64,000 nt of DNA from Girardia tigrina (lineage: Eukaryota). Location of the stretch: the NCBI GenBank assembly GCA_001938485.1, contig MQRK01196443.1, positions 1 to 64,000 of the forward strand, read 5' to 3'. This document shows, in pieces, positions 51,301 to 64,000 of the stretch. Each line of letters starts with the position of its first letter. The stretch's first letter is position 1. The notes below the pieces were generated by a model that was not told where the DNA came from, did not search any database, and worked only from the letters and a program-made list of their open reading frames with translations. A program made the position numbers and the translations under genes.

Positions 51301-52309
51301 TAAACACGTATAAAACTTTCGAATGACATTTTTTAAAATGGTATTCTTATAAAATCAGAGGTTAAACTTTATGCCCTATTTTTATACTTCAATACACTGT
51401 AAATATGTAATTGATTCTCTATGTTTTGGTTGATTTTCTAATCTTAACGACGTACAGTCATATTGGACAAGCTTATTTTACTGTTTGATTTACCCCGTTG
51501 GGTGGAATAAAATAGATCCGTAAACAAAATTGACACCATATCTCATTTGATTAATAACTCTTGTAACCCAAACATGTCTAGCAGATATATTTGTATTAAT
51601 AATTTTGATATCAGAGTGTCGAGAATTTCGTTTTCCAAACCATGGACATTCGAGCAGACAAAGATAACGATGATTCTCTTACATGGCTAGTATATCTGAT
51701 ACAGGAAGTTTCAGTCTAACGTTTCCCATATTGGAAAAACCTCAAAATCTTCAATCAACGCTAGAAATAAACACGATGCTGGTTAGGAAGGTGCATGTTT
51801 TGCTAATTCTATTCAGTTTATTGATAGTGTAAGTTTCCCTTTAATTTGAATTTGGCAAAATAATAATTTCTGACGTTTGTGCTGATGAGACTGTTTGCTG
51901 GACATATTTTATCTTTTTCCATTAGTAGTAAAGATACTTCGGCTTTTAGTTTTGTATGCTATATTTTTCTGTAGGTCAAATACGCAATTTTATGGTTTAG
52001 GAGTTATAAATGATAAAAATAGTTGACGTAAACACGCTTTAAACTGTGTTTGGATGGATTGTGACGATCGCGTCGTTTCATTGTTCGATTTTCATTGTAC
52101 ATTTAAATGAAGTGTATATTTATTGTGAAATAAAAAAAGATCAAAAAATAAAACGATATAGGGTTAAAAATTACTATATAGTTATACAATATCAACAATT
52201 TTATTTTTAATTCTTGTAAAATAATTTTTGAGTAATAAAAAACAGAAAAATGTTCTAGAAATATAATTATTTGTGGATTTTCGTTATTGTGTGTGAATTA
52301 ATTTACTTA

Positions 52310-53010
52310 AATGGATCAAGTCGGTTCGAGACGATGAAACACTTTTTGGCAACCTGTAGCTTCGGACAAGTTTGTTGCCCGATTCACTTCGAATCTCAAG
52401 ACAAACCGCATGTAGTCAAGTTGCTAATCGAGTCCGGTTACGTTATCGATTCTGTTGACTTTAAAAAGAAAACGGCTCTCCATTACGCAGCGATGTCCGG
52501 GAACAGGGAGATCTACGAGCTATTGATCAAGAACAACTCGCATTTGAATTTCGTAAATCAATCGAGATGGACAGCGCTGATCAAAGTGGTCTATTGGAGC
52601 AATTGTTTGTCTCGAGTGTCTGCTGAATCACAATTACGTTCTGTCTATGCAGAATAATGACGGCCGGACGGCCATTCATTAATTGTGTCGATAAAAGTTT
52701 TTGGATGATGAGTTACTGTTGAAATAGTTTTTATTACTGATTGACTGTGTGGCTCGAGCATCTACGACAAGAGCCACGATAAAAATCATTGGGATTCAGA
52801 GGCCGATTTTATTCCGCTGATGTTCGCCACGTATCATGGTTATTCGAAACTTGTTGAATGTCTGATAGATTCCGATTGTACATCGCTATCAGATTGGACG
52901 AACTTTTCGAATTCGACGATTTCAATGAGTAGATTACTGGTGATAAAGTATTAACCCCATGAGATACTAGCTCTGGAGCGCCACATCTGTTCTTCGCCAG
53001 CTCATGTACG
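52310..53010 (+). pseudogene. Ankyrin-repeat pseudogene (apparently intronless, frameshifted)
   Basis: VVKLLIESG, TALHYAAMSGNREIYELLI, WTALIKVV, then in shifted frames NNDGRTAIH and IPLMFATYHGYSKLVECLID. Confidence 0.75.
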
Positions 53011-53800
53011 ACCAACACTCACCAAATGTTAATATATTCTTCACACTCTATCAATGTAACATGTTGGTAAAGATATTTTGTTTAAAGATTTTCTTACACC
53101 TTGTTAAGTAATTTTTTTCATGAATTTAAATTTTCAACCTTTACTTTACCTAGGGATAATGATAAAAAAATGTGTTGAATGTTTTAATACTTTTTGTAAA
53201 GAAGATTTATACGCTAACACTTCTAATAATCCACATTTATCACCGTGTCTTTATTTTATATTTTTAAAAATAAATGAATAATCTGTCATAAAGTATTTAT
53301 AACCAGCAATTGTTATTTCTTTTTAATTTAGTTTATATATAATTCTGTTTTAGTGTTATTTATCATAATTATTTAAACAGAGAAAATGCTTAATATTTAA
53401 TATAAAAGGCAGCATGAATATGTTATGATCAGCTTTTACTTTACTTACCATGATAGATAATATGAACCTTTTTGAGTACCACGGTAGAATTACTTAACAT
53501 ATCGTTATCACATAGTTTTCACTTGACTCAAAAATCTACATATCTGTTGAACCATGAAAGGATTCATTTGCCCCTATATTAATAATTAAAATTGAAAGGC
53601 TATTTAGTTACTTAAGAATTCTTCTTTAATTACAAGGTGCGAATAAGTATGAAGTTCTATGTTTCCCAAGATTTCTCTAAAAAGGAAAGTAGTAGTAAAT
53701 CAAATAACATGGAACGGGGTGCGCCCAATAAATAGTGAGCCTAAAACAATAATCAGTGCACAATTCCAAAACAATCTTTTATTTCTTTGCCAGCGCTTGG

Positions 53801-55800
53801 CTGCTTGCTAATGGCTGTCAAAGATATGTACCTACTAAACTGATCTATGATTGCAACAATATACTTTTTTCTTCTCAAAGTCTCCTTTAGTGGTCCGCAT
53901 ATGTCTATGTATACTTTCTCAAATGGTTCATTTGCGACCAGAGTAACCCGTTTTTCCTTCATAGCGGTCGTTAATGTTTTACTTTTTTGGCATGCTTCAC
54001 ATTGTCCAATTACTTCTTTTATTATTTCATTCCGATTGATCATGTCATAATTTTCTGAGATGTATTTCGTTACTTTCTCTGCGCACGCGTGCGACAATAA
54101 CGTATGTATTTGTATGATCATTTCTTCTCTTTTTGACTTTGGTATCCAAATCTTCCCCTTGTTTGTTCTTATTATGCTGTCTTCAATCGTAAGCTTTCTG
54201 TCTTTACCTGAACTTGGGTCTCTTTTAATTTCTTCTATTTCTTCTTGTTGATATTTGAATGTCTGCGATGTGTCCAGCACGTTGATTTATCGAGTCTTAA
54301 TCTTCATCGTTTTAGCATCTTCATGAGCCATCAAGCATTGTGTTCATGTATCACATGTATTCCGAGGCAATATATCCGCGTTGGAATGATCTGTTCCTTT
54401 TCTGTATTCTACGTGTATGTCAAGACTTGATAAAAAATTAATCCATGTCTAAAATTGCGCCGTTATCGGTTTTTTTTGTTTTAACCATAAACGTAATTGC
54501 CTTATGATCTGTTCTCAAAGTGAATCGCTTCCCGTATAAATAATGATTAAAATGTTGACAGAAGTAATACATTGCCAACAGCTCCTTCCTCGTAATGCAG
54601 TATCCTTTTTCATGATTATTCATAGAGTGTGAACCATATGCAATAACTCTCTCACGTCCGTNCTTGTCTCTTTGGGATAATACTGCTCCAATCGTGTCGA
54701 AACTGGCATCAGTGTCCAGTATAAATTCTTTCTGGAAGTCTGGGAATCCTAGAATCGGTGGTGTTGTTAAAGCCTCTTTCATCTCTGCAAATGCTACATC
54801 ACATGCGTCTGTCTATAACAATTCATTCTTGTTCAATCCACACATTTGTTCCACTGTCTTGGCCTTTGTTGCGTAGTCCTTAATAAATCGTCTGTAATAA
54901 TTGCAACTTCCAAGGAAACTTCTTAGATTCTTAACACATTTTGGTTTTTCAAATGTCTTTATGGCTTCTAATTTAGATGGGTCCGTCTGTATACCTTTAT
55001 CATTAATTACATGTCCCAAAAATTTAACTTCCGTTTTTAAAATATGGCACTTTTCCGGATTAATTCTTAAACCTGCTTTCCCGATTATTCCAATACTTTA
55101 TCCAAAGTTTCGTAATGTTGTTTCAACGATTTTTAAAATATAAGAATGTCATCTAAATATACCACTGTCTGTTCTATGCCTCCGAGCACTTTTGTCATGA
55201 GTTCCTGAAACGTTCCCGGTGCCGCTGCTATACCAAACGGCATTCTATTGAAACAAAATAGTCCTAGCTTTGTGGAAAATGCTGTTTTCAGCTTTGAATC
55301 TTCCTCTAGTTCGACCTGGTAGTATACATTGCCTAAATCAATTGATGTGAAATATCTGGTTCCATACAGTCTGTCCATCATTTCTATCATATTTAGTATA
55401 GGAAATGCCTGTCTCTCCGTGACTAGGTTTAGCTGTCTAAAATCCAAGCAAATTCTAACATCATTCTTTTCTTTCTTCCATACATAAATCATCGGTGTAT
55501 TCCATGGTGAATTACATTTTTTAATAATGTTGTTTTCCCACAAATTTTTAATTTTCTCATCTATCTTTTCTTCCAGATTAACTGGTTGCCTATGTGGTCT
55601 AAGGTTCATTGGGGGTCCTTTAGTATCTATTCTATGTTTAATCATCGTCGTACATCCGATATCCAATTTATCCGCAATAAAAACTCCTTGATGTTTTTTA
55701 ACAATATTCACAATCTTTAGTTTATCTGCAATTTTCATAATTTCCATGGCTCTTTTGAATCTTTCCTCGTTTGTAACCTTACGTCCAAATTTGGCTTCTA
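53801..55800 (-). mobile_element. Ty3/Gypsy pol (RT, RNase H, integrase N-terminus), frameshifted
   Basis: SPWNTP, RICLDFRQLN, MPFGI, YLDDIL, LRSFLG, LDTDAS, KELLA, LRTDH, then H-H-C-C integrase zinc finger. Confidence 0.92.
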
Positions 55801-57979
55801 AGTTACATACTTGATAAAATTGTTCGTTCACATCTTTTTCTTTCTTTTTCCAATGTAACTCAATTCCAAATGCCATCTAAAAAATCTATTCCTTCTATTA
55901 TATCTGGTTTTACGTCATTTAAAAGTACATTTAATTTAAAAGTTCATTTAATTAAAGTACACACAAAAGTTCTTTATTAAAATAAAATAATGAAACTTAA
56001 TTTTTTAAAACCGTACAAATTATTTTTAATTATTTACAAAAATTATCATTGAGAAAAATTCACTTACAAAAAATCACAAATGTGAAAATTTTCAAATTAT
56101 TAAAATTACCAAAATAATTCATTCTAAGCTAAAATAATTTTACATAAAATTGAATTTCATCTAGAAACCAAAAAACCGAGAATGTGGTGGCACACAACAC
56201 TCATTATAAAATATTCCATTCACCAATATTTACCATTTTTATAAGTTATTTAAGCATTATGTACAAAACGGTCAACATTCATTAATCGACAAATCTATTA
56301 TCGGCTTATCATTCACATAAATTGTCATTATAAGACGATCAACATTTCAAAGGACTTATTAACACTCGTCCTATCTTATGTGATCTTTCCGAATTCATTT
56401 GAATTTTCGAACCCTTCATGGGTTCACTCGAATCCACTCCATCTCTAATCAGGACCTTAAGCAGTTTATTACTATTCAACATCCCCATTATAATTATTTC
56501 TTCTCTGGATACTTCATTTGGGCATACGAGGGAGACAACCGCAACAACGACGATTGCTAAAGTTTGCTAATAAAAATTAAAACAAAATTCAAAACCGATT
56601 ATTAATAATAATATATATTTATTATCAGACTCAGGTTAAAATAGATTTTAAGCAATTAAGCAATCAAACATATAAAACGGCATTCTGCATTACTCAGTCA
56701 ATTACCTAGTAGTAAATGTTGCGGCTGGTTACTGGCAAATTTGAGATATGATCGTTTAATTTCTCGTAGTTTTCTCTCCGGCAGTTTTTGCCCAAATCGA
56801 TTCTAATTTTGCTAGATGAACTCTTATTTAGATGCAATCGTTTACATCCGAATTGAGTCGTTTGAATTCCTTCTGTGATTATCCTCTCAAGTTTATTGTT
56901 TGCGCTTTCGTTCTCGTATTTCGTTCGTAACTTCGTTCTAAGCTGATTCTCAAATTTGTCTGTCTTCAAGATTGTGCAAATTGCTATTGCGCTCTGTTCC
57001 AAATAACTGTTGTATTTATAACAGTATTTTTCTGTTTGTCTGGGTGTATTATCATCGTGGCCGCTTCTGATTGGCTCTCATCGATGATTTCGTGTTTCAA
57101 TTCGCCCGTGCGGTTGTCACCATGCGGTATGTTTCTAAATATAGAACAATGACTGCTTTGTCTCTGAATGATATCCCCGATTATTCACGATGAATAATCG
57201 CGTGATGTTATTTTCAACAACAAGGAATAATTCACTGGTAAGTTTAATTAATTTTCTTTATATTTTAATTAATTATTTCCAATCGTTCAGGTTGAATATC
57301 TTCGACCTCACACATTCAGGGACTCTGCTCGTGGAGAGCTTTTAGGAGTTGGTCGGATGACTCTCTATACTCAATGGAAGGTTCGGTAACGGTCTTTGTC
57401 GTATTATTAATTAACTTTTAATTCTTCAGGGGTCAACAACTTCTCTCAGGATGATACAATTTTCAAATGGATTACCACCATAGATGCTTCCTATGAAACT
57501 CTATCTGGAGAGGGTCTGATGTTCAATCTTCTTCATTGGGTAAGTACCAGAGTGTCTTTTACGGATTTCATTTTATATGTACATTTTTAGTGTGTTTCAA
57601 TGATGGCAACGGGGTACAAGGGCGTACGGGACATTTGCTGATGCTGGGGATTCTGGGATATTACTATTAAGTAGGTGTATTGTGATATTACTATTAAATA
57701 TATGTATTTAAATGTCATTATCTCTTTTTCTTCTTTTTCTGTGAATTATGTTTTATAGTATATTCCTGCGTTAATGTTTGATAATGTATAAATGGATTTC
57801 CAACCGCAACATATCTGTTAAAATGAGTGTAAAAGAATTAAGCAATAAGAAAAAAATGAAAAACATACAAGTTTTATTCATATTTTATTGACAACACAGA
57901 ATTAAAATACATATTTGAATTTGGAACGATACAAAGTAAAAAATAATCACTTAAATAAATTAATATACATATAATACAG

Positions 57980-60830
57980 TTAATGGGAGGTATGAACCTG
58001 ATGTTCCGATGCCAATTGTTCAATTCGTAACTTTAAATTTGTCAAGTGGAATCTTAAATCTCCACGTTCAACGATTTCTAATTTATTACTATTTTTCGTA
58101 AGCATATTGGTAACCACGCTAAAACCTCTTTCCGCCTGGAATGAAGATGGAAAAGCTATCAAAAACTTTCTAACGACAGCCCATAACGCAGGATAAGCAG
58201 CAGTTATACTTTTCTGTAACCAGAATTGTTGATACCCCTTTTTGAACTCAACCTTCAGTTTTTCATTAGTACTAATTAAGATTAGTTCTTCTTGCAATAT
58301 GACTTTCGTTTCTTCAAAGTTACAATATGGGTTGATAATCCACTGTAGTATTTTCATAGTCAAAACATCTTCAAACCTGGTTGTAAAGTCTGTGCGAAGG
58401 GCATTTAAATGTTGAAAGTAGACTAAAACATCATTATCCTGGACGTTTATCAACGATAAGGCAAGAATTGCCAAAATTCACGCCTTCCAATATTTTGCCT
58501 CATTAGTTTAAGCCTGCCAAGAAAAGCTGCAATGATACATTTTGCTCTTATTAAATTCAGATTGTCACCTTGTAACTGCAAGTTAACTTCATTAAATTTG
58601 GTAAACAAATCTATTAAATAAGCAATGTCAGGTTTACATCTGATTAAGTTCTCTTTCAAATTGGGATCTTTAGTATCCAAAAATTGTAAAACAATTTCAA
58701 AAAGTGAATAAAATCTTGTCAAGTATAATCCTTTTGAAAGCCAGAGCACTTCAGTGTTGAAGAGTAATCTTTTAAATTCCTCGTCATTTTCATGACACAA
58801 TTGCTCAAATAATCTACAATTTAATGCGATGCCACGAATTTTGTTCACTACGTTTATGATGAATTGAAGAGATTCATATAATCGGGCATTCAGATTTTTA
58901 GCTACTAAATGTTGTCGATGAATGACGCAGTGAATTTCAAACACCCCAGGTACATTTTGTTTTAAATAACTTATAAAACCGCGATAGCATCCAAACATGG
59001 TTGGTGCTCCTTCAACTGCTACCGATATTATATTTGATAAAGCGATCGATTTTGTCATCAAATAATCTTTCAAAAAATTGAATATTGCTTAGCCTTTAGT
59101 GTCTGTCGTCAGAGTCCTTGCAAAAAGAAGTTCTTCTTGAAATTCTTTTTTCATATGCCAATAATAGTGCTTCATTACCAGGCAACGTTGACTCATCTAA
59201 CTGAATTGAGAAATGATTCGTTTGTAGGTAAATACATAAGAAATCTTCAACATCATGACTCATTTCATCAATACGTCTTTGAACTGTGTTGTTGCTCAAA
59301 GGAATTTTTTTGAGTATATCATGCGCAGACTGGTGTAGAACAATTTTTAAAACCTCTTCAACAACTGGCAGAATCAGCTGTTCCCCGATAGTATGAGGTT
59401 TTCCTGATTTTTCTATGAGTAGTGAGATATTATAAGATGCTAGCAAACAGTCAATGTTTCTTTTTGAAGTTAAAACGAGCATTTTGTACACCGTACTTCT
59501 CTTCTGAAATTTTTCTTTCAGATTTGTAAAGTATAATAAATCTTTACATGTTTTATCAGGGTGGCATCTTATCAGATGATCCTCCAGTTTGGATGGTTTC
59601 ATAACACCATTGCTTAAGATTTTGTTACACAAAAGGCACATGGGCAGGTGTTTGTTTGATGAGGAAGGAATGAAGCCAAATTTTAAATAATCAACGCAAT
59701 ACTGTCTACATTTCTTCTTATTTGCGGACATGTTGAGTTTTCTGTCGATATACGAATATATTTTAACGGCAATTAATTAAATCAATATATATTATATATT
59801 ATATATTCATATTAATGTTGTTTTAGGAAGTTCTAAGTGACACTATTTAAATACAATAGGGCAGAACAATTCATTTCTGCCTAGACAGCATAAAAATATT
59901 TACAATTAGTTTTAAAATGTCGAAAGATCCGAAAAAATAGTTTATAGAAATATGTTTGCAAGATAATTTTTCCGAATTAAAAAAAATAACATTTCCTAAA
60001 GTCGTAATCAGAAGCTACAAATCTACGCAAGCGGAACGATTGCAAACATTTTGTATAAAAATTTGTACTTATTTTTTGGCACTCCTAAAACACTATTACT
60101 TTTATTACATATTTTTACACAACTGCTCTTTGTAACTTCCAGAAAACTAATGAAGAGTATTTGTCTCCAACAACAGTATTTATACTTAATATAACAAAAA
60201 TTTGTGCAAACGTTTTTGCAAGTATAGACAGGCTTTATTCACTGTGCTTGCGCGTATTATGCGTTGCTACTGTTATAAAAACCTTTCAAAACTTGCACAT
60301 GAACATAGCATACCATGTAGTAGATATGTATAATTCTGAAATAATTTGACAAAGTAGAATATATTGTTTTATTATACAGAAACTGTACTGCTGAGATTTA
60401 CGCAAACCATAGATAAAACGCAAGCAGTTTACTCATTTGTACTGAAGCACTTCGCTGATACGCAGTCAAACGAATACCACAAATGTATAATTAAAAGAAA
60501 CTGATATATTTCTTTACCTATGCAAGGTTGAATGGATTGTCAAATTATGGTAGTTCACATGTATTCAAATTATAAAAATGTTAATTTTATGAAAGGTAAA
60601 TAATTAACTTTTTCAAAATTGTAACATAATTTTATCTAACATTAAAACTTATAAAAATTATTTGTGAAAGATGTAATCAATAAATGACACCTATTGAATA
60701 GAAAGTGTACTTTCCCGTAGACCCCCATTTACAACTCTTAGACTCCCATTTTATCTTCTTGCTGTCGTAGACCCACTGCGAGTCGAAATCGACCCCAAGG
60801 GGTCTATATAGACCACTTTGAGAATCGTTG
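57980..60830 (-). mobile_element. hAT Buster/Charlie-type transposon; frameshifted transposase at 57980-59731, 5' end at ~60830
   Basis: YLKFGF..PMCLLC..MKPSKL..H (BED), KPHTIGE, IQLDEST, IHCVIH, FPSSFQAERGFS, RGDLR; terminus CAACGATTCTCAAAGTGGTCTATATAGACCCC. Confidence 0.9.
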
Positions 60831-62192
60831 ATATAGACGAAGAACTAATAAAATTTTTCTTCTTTCGATCTGCCCTGTCTGATATAAAAAGCATACTATT
60901 AGAATACAATAATTCCGATCTGAATGCTATAGGAATTTTAACCGATAAAATAATCTCACAAAACCATAAACAAGTCAACAACATTAACTATAATAACAAA
61001 AGCATCAATGAAAAGATTTTAAATTCCTTAAAAATACTTTCATCTCAAGCACATGCTTTAGAATTAGAAAACAAATTTATGAAATCAAATTTAAAATACC
61101 CGGAGAATTTAAATAAACAGAATACTTACCAAAAAAATTAAAAACCTGAGCCTACATCCTATAATAAGAATAATATTAATAACAAAACTCATAATAATTT
61201 TACACCTAACGTAAACAAGACGGAATCAACGTAGTGCTTTTATCACCAAAAGTTCCATTATAACGCTTTCAAATGCATCAAACAATATTCTTTTGATAAA
61301 AATTCAAACTAAAAAAAATATCTAGATATGCACCGCGTCCTTTAAATTGCACGTTTAGTTTTCTAATTGATTCCGGTTCAGTTGTCTCAGTTCTCCCTTT
61401 AGCATTTGCTAAAAATAAAAGCACCATAATTTGAATTTATACACCGGTAACGGCACTGAAATTAGAACTTTCGTTTATCAACTGTTAAATATTCAGATCA
61501 ATAACAAGAGTTTTAACTGGAATTTCATAGTAGCGTATGTTCTTTGCGCTATTATCGGTGCTGATTTCCTTGCAAATTTTGGTTTACTTGTTGATTGTAA
61601 AATTAAAGTTTTGATCCACAACGTTAGTTCTTTGGGAGGAGTAAAAAGACTCGCTATCTGTCATTTAAACTCAATAAAATTAAATTAAAAACCTCAAAGA
61701 CCAAAATTACAACATATTACCATTCCTATTCTAAAAAAATACACTACAATTAAAAACCAATGTTAAAAACTGTTACAAATGACACAGAACATTTCTAACA
61801 AAGGAATAAATTACTACAGATAATACTAATTTAAAGGTCGTACACTGTATCGATAAGCAAAGTAAATCATCAACCGATATAGATTATTATCGAAAACATT
61901 AAAACAAATCACTTTGATATTACATATATAAATCAGAATTTAGTCGAACATCAAATATATATACGAATGGACTTCCTGTAGATGTCAAAGTTCGCCAATT
62001 CGCTCCAGCCAAGCTATCAGCCGTAAAATTAGAATTTAACGAATTACTAGATAGATGGATTATTAGATCATCATCTTCTAATTAGTCATCCTCACTACTC
62101 ATGAAATTGAAGAAAGATAACACATGGAGATTTTACGGTGATTACCGACAGATAAACACTATAACCGTGAAAGATGAATACCCCTTACCACT
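60831..62192 (+). mobile_element. Decayed Ty3/Gypsy gag-protease-RT fragment
   Basis: FLIDSGSVVSVLP, IIGADFLANFGLLVD, WRFYGDYRQIN..TVKDEYPLP. Confidence 0.8.
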
Positions 62193-64000
62193 TGTGACAA
62201 GTATTTGTCACGTCAATATCAGAATTCATTTTACTCAAATTATATCTTTATTATAAAACAACTTTCAAACAAATTTTCCAACTATTTTCCTAATTAATAA
62301 TTAATCCGCTGATCTTTTTTTTCAAATAATTTTTCATCAATTTATAATTTTAATCAAATGAAGAACAACATTCAACTTTTTTAAATTTTTAAAAAAAATA
62401 TTTATTTAAAATGATTTTACATACAGTAAAACTTTTTTTATAAAAAATATTTAATGTAAGTATGTTTTTTTTCTTTAATGTTTTTATACCGTTTTTTTAA
62501 TTTTGTTTGTCAACTAAAATCTGATATGCTGTATTTTGACTTTGCTTTTTTTAAAAAAAACCATTTTTAATATTTTATTTTAGAAATTTTGAAAATACGT
62601 TGTATTTAATATTCAAATTTTTATTTTTTAAATATTAGATTGTTTAATCATATCAAAAAAATTAGAAAATACATTTTAACAAACATTAATAAATTTTTTT
62701 AATAATGTTTTTTTAATCAAGAATGTTTTTAAATTCTTTTTTAAATTTTTGTGGTGTTAAATTATGACTTCAGAATGTGATAATAATCAAAGTGACATAA
62801 ACGCTACTTACATGGCGAACAACGCTGCTTTGGACAACTTCACGAACCAATTACTACTAATTAATACTTAGAAGGGTAAAGTTAAAACAAGAATCCTAGC
62901 GTTAGACGATGAATCCAAAGGATTTAAATGGCAGAAAGATAATGATGAGATAAAACAGATTAGATCAGATATCAAAACTGGGAAAACAAAGAAATGGTTA
63001 CTGAAAGATGATATCGTAACGACAATGGATAACAAATACTGGATTCCGAAAGGTAAAAGGACTGAATTCGTGGAAGAAATACAGAAGATGCTGTGTCACG
63101 CTGGTAGCAAGAAAGTTTATATTTATTTGAAAGATGATTTCGATATGGAAAATATGAGAAAAACGGTAAAGGAAATTGTGCAAAGTTGTATGAATTGTCA
63201 GAAAAGTAAGACCTTAACAACAAAAACAAAAGAGAAACATATTAAACAATCTGCTGATGAACCATTCCAAAAAATATATATGGATTTCTGCTGACCTTTT
63301 AAAAGAAATATTAATGGATCTCAATACATACTAGCGATAATCGATCAATTTAGCAGATACATTAGTTTGAACGCAGTAGCTCATCAAGACGAGAAAACCG
63401 TGCAAAAGGTATTACTAGACAAATGGATTTTGAAATAAGGACCACCAAAAGAAATCCATGTCAATAGAGGAAAAACATTCGAATCAGCTCTTTTTAAAGA
63501 AACAGCAAATAAATTTAAAGCTGAGATAGTATATTCCAGTCCTTACCACCACAATACCAATGGGATTGTTGAGAGACAATTCAGAACAATTAGAGATGCC
63601 ATGAATATACGGATGAAAGACGAGGTCCACAAAGATTGGACGGAAACCCTGTCAGAAATAGAGTTTATGCTAAATAGCACAATTCAGGCAATCACAGGGA
63701 TATCTCCAGCAGAAATAATTTTTGGTAGAAAACTAAGACATTGGTGGAAAAACACCGACGGAAAAAGACATGTCGAGAAGGAAATGAATTAAACCACGAC
63801 ACAGACGAAACGAGTATTCCAAATCGGAGATAAAGTGCTCATAAAGAAAGAAAACGTAACGTAGGATGAGGATCGATATATGGGCCCAGACACAATATAG
63901 AACCGACGACATGAAAAAAGTTACGAGATACAATTAGATGATGGTAGAATATTGATCAGAAATGTGGAATGGCTAAAGCCATTTAAATCGAGGGGTATGT
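62193..64000 (+). mobile_element. Internally deleted Ty3/Gypsy element: 5' LTR (62193-62812), PBS, integrase, PPT and first bases of the 3' LTR
   Basis: TGTGACAAG...CTTACA|TGGCGAAC; integrase (HAGSKK, CMNCQ, IDQFSR, PYHHNTNGIVE) begins within ~100 bp of the PBS; GAGGGGTA-TGT at the window end. Confidence 0.75.

Noticed and set aside
56300-57450. Possible gag-like remnant (ORF 56706-57002); similar case at 36300-36650
   Set aside because: Too decayed to assign a family.

Overview
AT-rich eukaryotic (animal) draft scaffold with N-gaps, ~42-65-nt GT-AG introns and a heavy load of decayed transposons: Ty3/Gypsy LTR elements, RTE- and R2/NeSL-like LINEs, Penelope-like elements carrying hammerhead ribozymes, Tc1/mariner, pogo/Tigger and hAT. 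The overall picture resembles a triclad flatworm genome, but that is inference only. Host genes were spliced by hand. They are: an intact 8-exon gene (4712-8926, minus) for a 532-aa protein with three tandem ubiquitin-like domains fused to a catalytically dead pseudokinase; an intact 3-exon RING-ZnF-coiled-coil-MATH TRAF gene (47811-49109, minus); a Cys-rich, secreted, TNFR-like (pseudo)gene; an intronless 14-3-3 pseudogene; and an ankyrin pseudogene. Two observations stand out. The first is the 3xUBL-pseudokinase architecture. The second is a family of at least 8 solo-LTR-like elements with TG...TA ends and 5-bp TSDs, whose last 94-97 bp form a conserved ~32-codon ORF that runs out of the LTR end, phased so that the last LTR base plus the PBS 'TG' forms an ATG.
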